A model generated the notes under the pieces. The model was not told where the DNA came from, searched no databases, and saw only the letters and a program-made list of their open reading frames with translations. From positions 1-33,345 of the forward strand of contig LPNZ01002881.1 in assembly GCA_001655205.1 (NCBI GenBank): DNA of 33,345 nt. Reading direction: 5' to 3'. Below are positions 1 through 11,399 of the stretch, in pieces. Numbering within the stretch: the first letter of the stretch is position 1; every line of letters begins with the position of its first letter. Origin of the DNA: Lenisia limosa (Eukaryota; Protista; Breviatea). Made by a program: the position numbers and the translations under genes.

Positions 1-53
1 CGCACATGCATACAGAGGAAGGAGGAGAAATAGATGGGCTAATTTTTTGGTAG

Positions 54-1100
54 TTTGTCGCAAGAGAGCTTGGTGGAGGAAAGCAGCAAGGCGCTTCGAG
101 GGTTTGCACTAGACGGGTCGCTCAGCATTCGAGGATTCCAAGGCTTCGTGGTCACCGTCATTGCAGCTGGAAAGGCCTCGGGTGTGACTATCAACGGGGA
201 AAATGGTGCGCGGGTGACAGTTCTTCGTCTTCTCATAACCTCTCCCCTCTTTGTTGATATACTTTCAGTATCCGCCCTCTCAGGAAGTGAACAGTCTGAA
301 GCTTTCCACACTCTTCTCAGTAACATGTCTTCTTCCAAACCAATCAGGCCCATATGTCCTCCTGGAGTACCGTTTGAGCAGGTTGGTTATCTTATGCATA
401 CTGTATCTTGATGTCTTGTTTTTAATTGTCTTTTGGAACTTTTTGTTGTTAGGCTTGAACGCTTCTTTTTACTCATAGCTCAATTGTCAAACGCTGTTTG
501 CCTCAGTTTTTATTTGTTAATCGAATTATCTATCATTCTGTTATCCATTCCCTTCACTTCACAGCTTCCTTCTGACGTTGTTGTTGCCATGATCTGTGAA
601 ATCGCTGCTTGGGGTAGGCAGGGTACAAACACGGGAAGAGAGAAGAGAGAAGGGTAAGCTAGATAGAAGCATTCGCCATTGTACAGAAGGGGCTACTATC
701 TTGTTTCAATTTATTTTGTTGGATAAGAAAGGTGTACGTCGCTTTCTTTTAATAATTAGCATTATATTAAATATTTCCTGAAATACGTTTACCCCCCCCC
801 CCCAGGCATGGAAGTAGTTGGGGCAGCACGGGAGGCCCAGGAGAAGGCCAACCAGCCGAAGGCCTCAGACAAAGCCAGAAGAGCCGGCTCCGGTGCCGCC
901 CATGGTGGTGTTGTACGGTGGGAGGGCGCGACTTTTTCTAGTGTATGTTTCTTCCTTTGTTTGTTTTCCTGATACCACCACTATTCTCACTTATTAGATC
1001 GGCCCTTGTTCAGGAGCTCGTTATCAAACGCTCAACCTGGGAGACTGACGGTTAGCGTGGGTCCTGACGCGAAGAATTCTGCAATGAGGGAGGGGGGGGG
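54..1100 (+). CDS. Upstream multi-exon coding region of unknown function, probably the N-terminal part of the fimbrin-type ABD gene; 5' end lies outside the window
   Basis: Acceptor ctaattttttggtag ends at 53. GT..AG introns (approx. 214-268, 382-452, and one ending cccag at 805) join into open frames: SQESLVEESSK...GENGAR|YPPSQEVN...YRLSR|LERFFLLIAQ...|LPSDVVVAMICEIAAW. Later exon reads MEVVGAAREAQEK... (ATG 808). Continuity through 610-810 and across the N gap is not fully resolved. Confidence 0.45.
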
Positions 1101-1212
1101 GGGTCTCGTTGGTAAATNNNNNNNNNNNNNNNNNNNNNNNNNNNNNNNNNNNNNNNNNNNNNNNNNNNNNNNNNNNNNNNNNNNNNNNNNNCCTTATTTC
1201 TGACTTGCCTTA

Positions 1213-2401
1213 TTGCTGACACCATCAGCTCTTCGATTTGATGCTGAGGCTGCACGTGCACGTGAAGAAAAGGCCTATACCGTGTTCCTCAACGGTCTTG
1301 GCTGCACCCCTCCCATTCGCAACATTTGGAGTGATCTGGCATCGGGTGTATCTTTGCTTCAAGCCGTTGATGCCAGTTGGCGGGCTCTTTGTTCTGTTGA
1401 CTCGTTACCATTTTTCGAAAGAGAAATGATGAGTTTGACCACCTTCAGTTTGGCCCTCAAGCGTGAACTGGTCCAAAGTGGCCAAAGGCAAAAAGATCTC
1501 TCGTTTCCAGTCCGTGGATAACTGCAACCTTGGTGGGGGGGGGGGCACTTTCATTTACATTTCCCTAAGAAGCCTTATGAGCGAAGGGTTATCATTTCAC
1601 AGAAGTACACTCCTCATATTTGCAGTGGTTTCGTTGATGCAGTCGAAAGGACAGAAGCTCATCGGTATTTCTGGAGCAGATCTCTTCGAAGGCCATCAAA
1701 CCTACCTTCCTGCTGTCCTCGCAACTCTTCTGAGGTAAAAGGATACAATTCTATTTTGAACTTATGCCTTTGCCTTCTTACTTTTTCAGGGTACAAGGCT
1801 TGGAGTCTTTGAAGAACATCACCTTGGATGGCAAGAAAGTCAAGGACGAGGTGTGTAACAAACCATTCTTTCCAGCCTTGGTTCCTTGATTGATTTCCCA
1901 GAAATCTCTCGTGCAATGGTCAAACAAAATGGTTGAAAGAACAAGAAAATGTGGAGCAATCAAGAATTTGGAGGACAAGGTGGGCATTATCAGGTTGAAA
2001 ATATTTCGCTCATTATCTCAGTCCCTATCAAGTGGTGTGTATCTGGCGGCTCTGGTTTACTCAGTTGCACCAGAGGCTGTAGACTTCAGCCACATCATGC
2101 TTGGTGGGGGGGGGNNNNNNNNNNNNNNNNNNNNNNNNNNNNNNNNNNNNNNNNNNNNNNNNNNNNNNNNNNNNNNNNNNTCGCTCACCTTTTTTAGACG
2201 GTGATGAGGCGGCATCAGAGAATAACTCCAAATATGTTTTGAGTCTCTCATGGCAGCTTGGACTCAAGGTTTGTTTCCAGGCATTCCATTTTGACTGATC
2301 TAATATCGTAGGTCTACTGCTCATGGGAAGACATAGCGAAGGTGAAGCCGAAGATGATCCTGCCCTTGGTCTGTGAAATTGCGAAGTGGAGCCAAATGTA
2401 A
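1213..2401 (+). CDS. Fimbrin/plastin-type actin-binding domain 2 (CH3-CH4 pair), C-terminal exons
   Basis: Spliced translation FDAEAARAREEKAYTVFLNGLGCTPPIRNIWSDLASGVSLLQAVD...VNWSKVAKGKKISRFQSVDNCN...KLIGISGADLFEGHQTYLPAVLATLLR...LVQWSNKMV...SLSSGVYLAALVYSVAPEAVDF...NNSKYVLSLSWQLGLK|VYCSWEDIAKVKPKMILPLVCEIAKWSQM*. This matches fimbrin ABD2 hallmarks (FDAEGEREARVFTLWLNSL; GIxGxDIxxG; NAKYAISxARKxG; EDIxxVxPKM). Stop TAA 2399-2401. Confidence 0.85.
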
Positions 2402-2644
2402 TAAGTTTTCTGTTGTGTGTTGCTTTTAGTTTAGTTATTTATTGCTTTCTTTTGTGTATCAACTGTGGTAATTATTACATTACAACAGGCAAAGCTTCTG
2501 GCTCCGTCATATGAAAAGAAAACAGTCAAAAATACATCATAGATACACTCTATCTGATATATTACAACATAGGGTACGGGTTAGTAAGTACCAAGCAGCA
2601 TAAGCTGCGTCCTGACATAAACAGAAGTTGTCTTTCACTTGTTA

Positions 2645-5600
2645 CTAGTTAAGAAATGTCCACAGTCCGCTTCTAAACTGTAAGTCCAAGCAGGAGAGTG
2701 TTGTAATTTTTTATTTAACCAACCCTCAGGACCCGCGGCTGGTGCCGTGCTGCTCGTCGTTCCGCATCGGACATTTTGAAAAGTTGCGTTCGGATGAGTT
2801 CACTCACCAGCCGACTAAAGGTTCAGAAACGAGACAGGCAGGCCGAATCCACCCACATACTGAGTTACTGGTAATCACTAAATATTTGCCATACATTCAT
2901 TTATGGATTCCTTCTTCCCTCCTTTCCCTTGGAAAAATAATGCAAACTCAAGCACAATATATCCTTACCCTCTCTTTGACAGAGAACTCATCACGCTTGG
3001 CTCTCGCTGGGACAATGACTTTTCATCAAAGTCCACAATGATTCGACTGTCTTTCGGGGTGGTTGGAGAAGGCGGGATCGGGACACTGGGGCTTGATGCC
3101 TCGAGTGGGTCTGTATAGTTAACGACAGTGTGATACCTATTGTCCCCCAGATACAGGAAATACCATAGTACCGTTATTTGGAGACCTTCGTTTAAGGGAC
3201 GCGGCTTTGGTTTGACGCCTTGCGGGGACCCGTTCTGGTGCTAAATGGCTAAGGTGAGGACACTGCCAACAGAGAGAACAAGCAACACGAAGGGCATACC
3301 AGGTGGCGTGTTGGCCCGAAGAGATGATACTTGAGGCAATGGAATGCTTTGGAGGACTACTTGGGATCGTGTAGTTGCCTGTGTGTCTTTCATGTCATTT
3401 TTAACTTCACGTTTCATCCTTAGCTTCTCCTCTCTTCTAAGCTGCTTCTTCTTCTCCAACTTTTTCGCTTTAAGCAGCTTTTTCTCACTTTCCAAAAGTC
3501 CATCTTCTTTCTCATCCTTCTCTTTCTTCTTCTTAACTTTCTTTTTCTTCTTTTTCTCAACACTTTCCAAACTTTTCCTTTCTTCTTTTTCAGTAGTCCC
3601 TGCGTTCTTAATCTTCTTCTCAACATTCTTCTTACTTTTTCGCTTTTTACCCAACGACTTCTCCTTCTTTATTCTTTTCTTCTTAACTCTTTCAAAGACA
3701 ACACCTTCGTCAACATCCAGAACATCACCTTTTTCGTCATTTCCATATCCTTCATCACGGACTCGGTGGTGATTCTCTGATTTTTTGCTTGATTCGTATA
3801 TTTTCTGATGGATAGTCGCGAACTTGTCCCTTCTCAACTCGCGTTCACTTTTTCCTAAACGTTGATACTGCTTTGGTACCAAGATATCAGACTGTTCTTC
3901 ATCTGAGTCAACTGTCGCCTTATTAACTACTGATTTTCGAGCTGTCTCTTTCTTTTTGGCACGGACTGAATAATCAACCATTTGAGTGAAAGTTACAGTT
4001 GTGTTATTACCAATATCAACACATATCATATGATATTCATGAGCCAAACCCACAAACCTTCACACGCAACGTTGACTGAAGATTTGTCTTTAAGTGAAAC
4101 CCTGAATAGTCAAAGAGGGAATTCTCCTAAATTAAAAATTTATACTGGGAATAAAAAGATAAAATGGTACATGGCAGAGTTTATCTTCCAAATTTTACAT
4201 TGGATCAATACTCTCGCCGATATCGATATACCAACCTGTTTTCAGGGATCAACGGTATAGGTTGAGACACCCACGATGACGTCATCGGGAAAGAACCTTC
4301 AGATTCGTTAGAGTCCGAAAACTGCAGCGGAATAATGGTGACGTTGGGAGCAAGGGTACCGGGGGCTGATGTGGGGGACAGAGTTTTGGACTTAAATTTC
4401 CTGGCAGGAACATGTGTATACTTCAATGTTCTTGTGAAATTTGGTGGGAGGGGGGAAGTGAGAGAGGGAACAGGAGCAAAGATTGAAGCGGATAACGCTC
4501 TAGGTTTCGGATCTTCGGGTTGAACCACATTGACGATTACTTTCTTAATGATTGAACTGTCCTCAATGTGCAAAGGAGCGGAAGGAAGACCATCAGGCTG
4601 GTTGAGCGAAAGGGCTGGGAACATGCCCGGGCTGCTGGAAACTGGTGGACTAAATTCTTTCAAATCATGGTCCTCCTTGCTATCCGAGAGACTCCCATCC
4701 GATGCATCGCTTCCGTGGTCAACCTGCTCTTCAGTGGGTTCAACATCTTCCTCGTTGGTCGAAGGCACAATGGTACTTGCTTGACTGGCAGAAACCTGCA
4801 GTTCTTGAGAGTTGTCATTGGCTTCTGCACTCCCCTCGTTTTCCTCAGGGACAACTGTTTCTTCCTTCTCTGTTTCTTCCTGGTTTTTCAATTCTTCTAT
4901 CATCTTCATCTCCATTATCTTGTCTTCCTTCCTTCTTTCTTCACCTTCTTTGGTATCATCTTCCTCGTTGGTCGAAGGCACAATGGTACTTGCAGAAACC
5001 TGCAGTTCTTGAGAGCCAATTTGGTCTGCATTGTTATTGGTTTCTGCACTCTCCTCATTTTCCTCAGGGACAACTGTTTCTTCCTTCTCTGTTTCTTCCC
5101 TGTTTTCCAATACTTCTATCTTCTTCATCTCCATTATATTGTCGTCCTTCCTTCTTTCTCCGGTATCATCTTCCTCCCTTTCTTCTTGATTCTTATCATA
5201 AGTTTCCTCCCTTTCTTCCTCTTTCTTTTCTTCTGGTATCTTAATTTCAACTTTCTTATCAACTTCACTTAATTCATCTACTGTAATCCTGTCGCTGCCC
5301 ATCTCTTCTTCGATCTGCATTTCTTCCATTTCTTCTTCCCTTGCTTTCTCACCAAGCAGCCTGTCTCTTTCATTATCTTCATCCAACATCCTCGTCATTG
5401 CATCCAACCTCTTCAACAGTTCTTGACCCTTCTCATCAATTTTCCCAGGACGTTCTTCTCTTTGCTGTTTTTTTTCTTCCTTCCCTTCCCCAGCAACACC
5501 TTTTTCTTCGTCCGGGACAATATCCTCTTCCATCAGCTCTGATTTAAAGGAGTCATCATCGTAAAGCTCAGCGTTAAACGTGAAATCTTCTGATAACAGT

Positions 5601-8600
5601 TTGTCGATCTGTAACTCCGCAAAATCTTTCAATTTCTGAAGCTCTTCAATTGATGGGACCGCTGCTGGGATATTAGGAATACCATCGAGAACAATTTCAC
5701 GATAAGTCCTTGGCTTGGGATATTCTTGAGGAGCAAGGGATCCTTAAGGTATTAGAAAAGAACCGAGTTAGGGAATTAAAGGAAAGCAAAACCACAAACC
5801 GGCTTTTGGAATCTCTTCCAGATCTGGAATAATAGACATCAATCCAACAGCATCATCGTCAAAGTATGCAGACGGCTTGTTTTGGAAGCTGAATCCAATA
5901 AGCAAATCAGTTACTTGAGTGGAGAACGAAAAATCAATAAAAAGTACCAAGAAAACAGACAGTATAATGCTAATACAAATTACAATAGAGATACTAGTCC
6001 AATCCTAATTTCTTGTTGAGTGTAACATGAACCAGCTTAGGGTATAAAACCCCATAATTATCCCTTCTCGCTCACTGCGCTTCGGAGTTGGCAAAGGATA
6101 AGGCAGATTCAGTGAGGAATAGCTTCTCATTGTCCGTATCCTCATCATGGCCTAAATCGTACTCAAGGTCGTCGTCACCGGGCTCTTCAGACTCGATCTC
6201 TTTGTTGATTTCTGCTAGGCGGTCGGAAACTTCATGCTCGTAGCTCTCCAGGTCGGCATCATTCAGGACGAGGGGGCCCAGTCTGCAATGTTAGATGATG
6301 GGGGTAAAAAGGAAATTAACGAAAAGACAACCCACGGTGCAAATGGGAGGCAGATTGAGAAATCTGCTCCATAAGAGTCCAACAAGTAGTTCGCTGACCT
6401 CATTCCAGTGTAAATAGGTTTTTCCAGATCCTGAATAAATGAGCACCAGAATTAACGAATGATAAATGTTAGTCACTCTGACTCAAATCGTCCAAGTTAA
6501 GAATTTTCAACCATTTTACAACTCATGTATTATGAATCCGCGAAGAAAAGAAGAAACAGTTCACTTTTTCATTTTAGAACATATTGAGAGTTATTGTTAG
6601 CAAACCTCTTCAGAACTTACTTCATGCTCCTCCTCCAAAGGCAGGTTTCGCATTCGTTCAACACGGGTGCTGCGAAGACGAGCCAGTGCTTCCCTTTCTG
6701 CATGATGCAAGCCATCCGGCTCATCTTCTGTAGATGACTCGGATGATGACAATCCAATTACGAAATGAGGGGGGGATAGTGGTGCTTTCATTCCAGGTTC
6801 CGTTTTAGGTTCAACTGAGTGTTCCATCCCAGGCACAACCTTTCGTATCTCCATATTTTCCTCTTCCCTTCTTCGTTCTTCCCTTCTTTGTTTTCCCCTT
6901 ATTTGCTCTTCTCTACTTTCCTCTTCCCTTCTTTCCTCTCCCTTTCTTTGTTCTTCCCTTCTTTGTTCATCCTTTCTTTGTTCCCTTCTTTCATCTATCT
7001 TTCTCTGCTTCTCCCTTCTTTCATCTATCTTTCTCTGCTTCTCTCTTCTTAGCTCTATCTTCTTGATATTTTGCTCTTCCTTTTTTATTTTCGTTGTTGA
7101 ATCTTCCTTTCTTTGTACTGGTTTAATTTTGTCCTCCTGAATTGACTGCGAATTCATGTGCTCCGTAACAAGAGATTCCTTGGTAATTGGCTCTGAAGGT
7201 TTCCTGTGGAGTTAGAACCCATTGGGAAAGGCAAACATTAATGAAGGAATGCTATTAACATGCAGTAAATATAATGAAAATGTACAAATGATATGATAAA
7301 CAAGATTTCACCCAATCATTTGCATTCTCTCCAACTGTTATACCCCCCCCCCCTTAGCGAACGACGTATCACATAATCCCACTCACGGAACAATCCAAGT
7401 GTTCAACACTGCTGGAGGCAACCGCTCTCTCTGGGGATACAATTGCAAAGGGGCTGGAATAGATTGTGGAGAACTCCTCTTGATGGTTCCTGGTTTTGCG
7501 GGAATGCTCAACGGAGTACGGCTTATTGTGGACTGCGGCGCACTAGGAAGAGCTGGACTGAGGGGGATATAATTTGGATGAAATGCAGATAACGGGATTT
7601 TGGGTGAAGCCGTCTTCTTGGTCTGATCCTCGTCTCCGAGATACTCATAAAGGGAGGGTCCTTTGTACGACCCCGGGATGTGGTCGTCGTCGTCAGAGGA
7701 TTGACTGGGGCTCGACGACCGGTCCTGGTTTGAAGGAGTCTTTTTGGGGGTTCTGGGCGGAGATGGCACGGCAGGAATGGAGGGAGCAGGGACTGGAAGG
7801 GCCTCCATTGGGCCAATTGTTGGAACTGAAGCTATCAACGTCATAAAATAAGTTACTCAACCGAGGTCAAGAAGTCACGTCATCCTACCAGGAGCAACAA
7901 AGAGGACAGGGGGATCTTTCGTTTGTAAAATTAAATCGTCAACGCTATAGTGTAAGTGTCAACCAAATACACAAAAACCTCAAAGAAGTAAGAAACCAGT
8001 GTAGCCAACAGACCTACAAACAGCATCACATAACGGACAAGTCCATCGGTCCTTGACGGTCATTGGTGACCCATCGTCTCTGCAGACTTGGTGCCTGGAA
8101 GATTAAGTCTAGGATACAAGCTGGTGCACTGCAAGTATTGGTACTCACGTTTTCAAAATGCAGTTAGACTTGACAAAAGTCTCCAGAGAAAAGAACTAAG
8201 AAGTCAAAAAGGTACGTGGTAAATAAACCTATTTGTCACCCCTCCCCCCAACTTCAATGTGGTCGCATTTTGTAGTTTTAAACTTATCTAAACGATTTCA
8301 GTTTCAAGAAAATAAACAGCTTCACAAAACTCGACGTACCTCCAATAAGTCCTGTTTTCTTTTCGATGGACTCAACTATTTCAGCAGTGCTGGGGATAGT
8401 CACTACCAATCCGACGCAGTAGATTGGTTGGGGATATTCCTCTTCAGACTACTGCATTAGAGAACAGAAAATGCTAAATCAGAAGCATGACACAACTGAC
8501 CAAAATCTTCCCAAGGAACAGATTTGTGTTTCCAAGATCCCCCCCCCCTCTAACAATTTTGGCAACCATTTTAACAGGTCCACGGAGGCCAGTTTCGTAT

Positions 8601-9400
8601 AGGTTGTTTCCAAGATTTTTCACTTTAAAAGTGGAACAAAAGTTCATTTGTTCGGATGAAGGGCACTATTGGTCATCAGAAATGAATAAAAAACGAGTAT
8701 GAACTGTTAATGGTGACCCACCCTGTGAAGTTCCGTGTCACCTTCATTCTCGGGGGCTTTTTCAAGCAAGAATAAAACAAGACTTGAATAGGCTTCCCTC
8801 TGAGGACAATTATTAAAAGAGAAGAAAATCAAATTGAGTAAGACAGACATCAAAAAAGAAACCACCCAAAGTAGGACAAGCCCAATCTACTTACTTCTGA
8901 ATTTATGTAAAGGTATTGAGCCTTCTGTTCATCTTTTTCGACTAAAGGCTTGTAAGAAAGGTTACATGTAACAACTTTCAGCTGAATGGACATTATGAAT
9001 TTTTTTGTGAACTGTTATTAATCACATACCTTTAAACATAAACGCAGTCTTTTTGAAGTCAATAAAGTACTCGTTCTCCATCACAAAGTAACGGATGTAC
9101 TCAGAACATCTATTAAATCAGAGTTAAAATGGTACTAACAATCGTCATTAATTTTGAATACCTTGTATTGATATTATCCAATAAGATATCCCAAATCCAC
9201 TAACAGGTTTTCTTCGTATTCTTCTAATTTTGGACAGAGGCAACCAGCATTGTTGTCGGGTAAATATGCTGAAGGGGGTTTTTCAATTAGAGCGCTACTT
9301 GCACTTGAGAGGCTCCTCGGCACTTGGCCAGCTGGAAATCTTCTCATCCTTGAAAATGAGACTGCTTTCTTTATCAAAAAAGAAAGTGAGAAAGGCGGAT
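2645..9400 (-). CDS. Very large multi-exon protein: N-terminal folded region with SP-RING-like motif, then long Pro/Ser-, Glu/Lys/Arg-rich low-complexity region; start codon unresolved (may lie up to ~9870)
   Basis: Long minus-strand exons coincide with ORFs 7383-7844, 6597-7157, 4205-5632 and 3241-4053. In-phase GT-AG junctions can be traced (e.g. LIPENR|RIPSLTIQ|VRAKKK; PLPTPKR|ITDLLIG; KRG|RLVSELIR...VLR|FRSGLWTFLN*, stop at 2645-2647). Upstream exons give WIWDILLDNINTRCSEYIRYFVMENEYFIDFKKTAFMFK. Confidence 0.75.
4745..5176. repeat. In-frame tandem duplication, period 213 nt (~71 aa), within the large exon
   Basis: atcttcctcgttggtcgaaggcacaatggtacttgc occurs at 4745 and 4958. Protein repeats MEMKxIExLxNxEETEKEETVVPEENExSAExNxN...SQELQVSAS...STIVPSTNEED twice. 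Confidence 0.95.
6860..7050. repeat. Coding minisatellite (E/R/K-rich), including a near-perfect 30-nt tandem pair
   Basis: cccttctttcatctatctttctctgcttct at 6983-7012 is repeated at 7013-7042 (REKQRKIDER x2). Flanking degenerate 15-nt units encode REEQR-type repeats. Confidence 0.85.
7886..8448 (-). other. Degenerate SP-RING / zf-MIZ-like motif within the large minus-strand gene
   Basis: Five in-phase exons (8448-8340, 8287-8253, 8195-8149, 8094-8014, 7944-~7886) give IYCVGLVVTIPSTAEIVESIEKKTGLIGDKFKTTKCDHIEFFSLETFVKSNCILKTHQVCRDDGSPMTVKDRWTCPLCDAVCSVDDLIL. Compare the PIAS/Siz pattern CxHxQCFD...WxCPxC...DLI. Confidence 0.5.
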
Positions 9401-10190
9401 ACAGATATAAAACAATCCAAACAATGCAAAACGAGGAAAGTTAAAAATAGCAACTAAAGGCACTTCTCATTGACTTCACCAGCCCCTTACATGTGATTAA
9501 GGCAGAGGTAGAGGATTAAATGCCAAATTTCATTGCATAAAAAAAATTGTTTGGTCACTGCATAGCAATATGTTTTTTGTTTGAAGCAACACCCAGCTCA
9601 AAAAGACATGGGAATAATACAATACTACACAACTCTGACCAGTGCCAGTTCTACAACACCACTATAGGCGGCTCTGTGAATAATAATAGTGAATGGATGT
9701 AGATAGGGTCGGGCATCTGAACCCGCCTGCGTCTTCGGCCCGAGGAGCCTCTGGGGGATCAGATGGGGTCGGGAGAGTGGGAGAGTGGAGGCACAACAAC
9801 TGCAAACAACGCAGGCATTTGCTTCAATCCGGTTGCCGATGCTTTTACCCCTTTCTTTTTTTCTCCCATGCCCCCTCCTTTTCTTCCTTTCCTTCCTTTA
9901 AACTGCTGAATAACTAAGCGTTCACTTTGACCACTATCAGAGGAAAAAGATTGATTGTGGTAAAAAATGTCTGGTGGTATTTGGTAACAGGCTTGTCTGT
10001 TCGCTTCGCTCTTCTTATCAGAGGTTGGAAAGTCTTCCTTCTTGGGTGTTGTTATTTTTTGTATTCAAAATATTTGTTTTTGCCATTTTCAGTCATCTGG
10101 AAAATTGTTTTGTTTGTTCTTAGATTGATTATACCTTTAAAGGTGCTTTCTTTTTGCATTTACATCCATTCTTTTACGTTATCAGTCGAA

Positions 10191-10697
10191 ATGGCTTCCG
10201 AATCAGAGGAGTATGGTTTGTCTGAAAAAGAGGTCGAGTCAGAAGCCTTCATTTCGGACAAGGAGGAGGATGACGGTCATGAACCAGAAGAAAAGGTCGA
10301 AAAAAGACCAAGAAAGGTCTGTTTAGTTTGAGCTTTAAAAATTATTTTTAAAGAGAGTAAATGGGAGTAATGCACGGGATTGTAATTTTGATGGGAGCTT
10401 TCCGGATTCTCCATATGACCCTGTATCACTTGTTTATTGTAAGAGAACCTTGCATGTTGAAAATTGGAGATCGATAATAATTTCTTACACGTTCAGGTCA
10501 AAGTTGATGACGAAGGTTCTGAGTACATCAAAAGACTCAACAGTCTAAAGGCAAATGTCAGCTATCATGAGTCTTGGCGAATATCCCAAGAATCGCTCTT
10601 GGAGGAAGCAGACTTCACTGAACGAATAAACACCGCCAGTAGGGCCCTGATTGCTGACCTGGCAACCGAAGAGGAAGATATTCCGAAAGAACTGTGA
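10191..10697 (+). CDS. Small acidic hypothetical protein (3 exons)
   Basis: ATG 10191 MASESEEYGLSEKEVESE...KRPRK|RVNGSNARDCNFDGSFPDSPYDP|IDNNFLHVQVKVDDEGSEYIKRLNSLKAN...EEEDIPKEL*. Phase-0 GT-AG junctions. No family recognised. Confidence 0.55.
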
Positions 10698-11399
10698 GGT
10701 GGATTTGAAAATGCAAAGTACAAATAAATTTAACTGGAAAATAAAAATGGTTGATGTGCAGTAGTTTAATAGGGGGAATCAGGTTCGTCCATAGGGACGA
10801 CATATTGAGCCACAATTTTTTTTTTTTTTTTTTGTTTGNNNNNNNNNNNNNNNNNNNNNNNNNNNNNNNNNNNNNNNNNNNNNNNNNNNNNNNNAGTTTT
10901 GATTTTATATTTGGACTCATAATTACTTTATTTCTCACACTTTAGAAAACAACTCATCAAAAGGGATTACAATGGAATCAAGTTTGCAAATGATGTGACT
11001 CGATGGCCAACTTATGCTGATTCATGATTCTTCAATTCTCTACTATATTTTTTCTGTAACTGGGTTTCTAATTTGTAACATTTTGCTATGCTCTACATCA
11101 TATCCTGTACACGAGTTTCTTTGAAATGATGAAATACCTGCCTTGCGATCATTATATTAAGACTGATAGTTACAGGTTCGATTTTATGAAGATTGTCTCT
11201 TTTTTTTTGCCTCAGTGTACCCCCCCTCCCCCAGTATTTATTGCCTCTCCAGTTATTGAATGATTATTATTTTACGATTCAGACATGGGAGTAATAAATC
11301 CCGGAAAGCCCGCAAAGCTAAAATTTTCTATTTCATAAATGAAGTTGATTTATGACCAATGAGAAGTTCTACAATCCACAATGCATTATCTCAACAAAG

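Noticed and set aside
39-590. Minus-strand ORF 39-353 and frequent in-frame stops suggesting an alternative genetic code
   Set aside because: A plus-strand spliced model explains the region, and conserved genes (Arpin, TBC, HSL, fimbrin ABD) translate with the standard code and end at TAA or TGA.
3344-5547. Long plus-strand Phe/Ser/Leu-rich ORFs (3344-3772, 4568-5272, 4702-5244) that look like membrane proteins
   Set aside because: They are antisense shadows of the Glu/Lys-rich minus-strand exons.
8730-8820. LVLFLLEKAPENEGDTELHR resembling a RhoGEF DH helix
   Set aside because: No other DH motifs are present, and the downstream context fits a PINIT/SP-RING-like region better.
9927-10190. 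Hydrophobic N-terminal part of ORF 9927-10331
   Set aside because: It starts at TTG in T-rich intergenic or UTR sequence. Composition switches abruptly at ATG 10191, the more credible start.
10770-10812. ggttcg segment resembling a tRNA T-loop
   Set aside because: No acceptor, D or anticodon stems could be formed around it.
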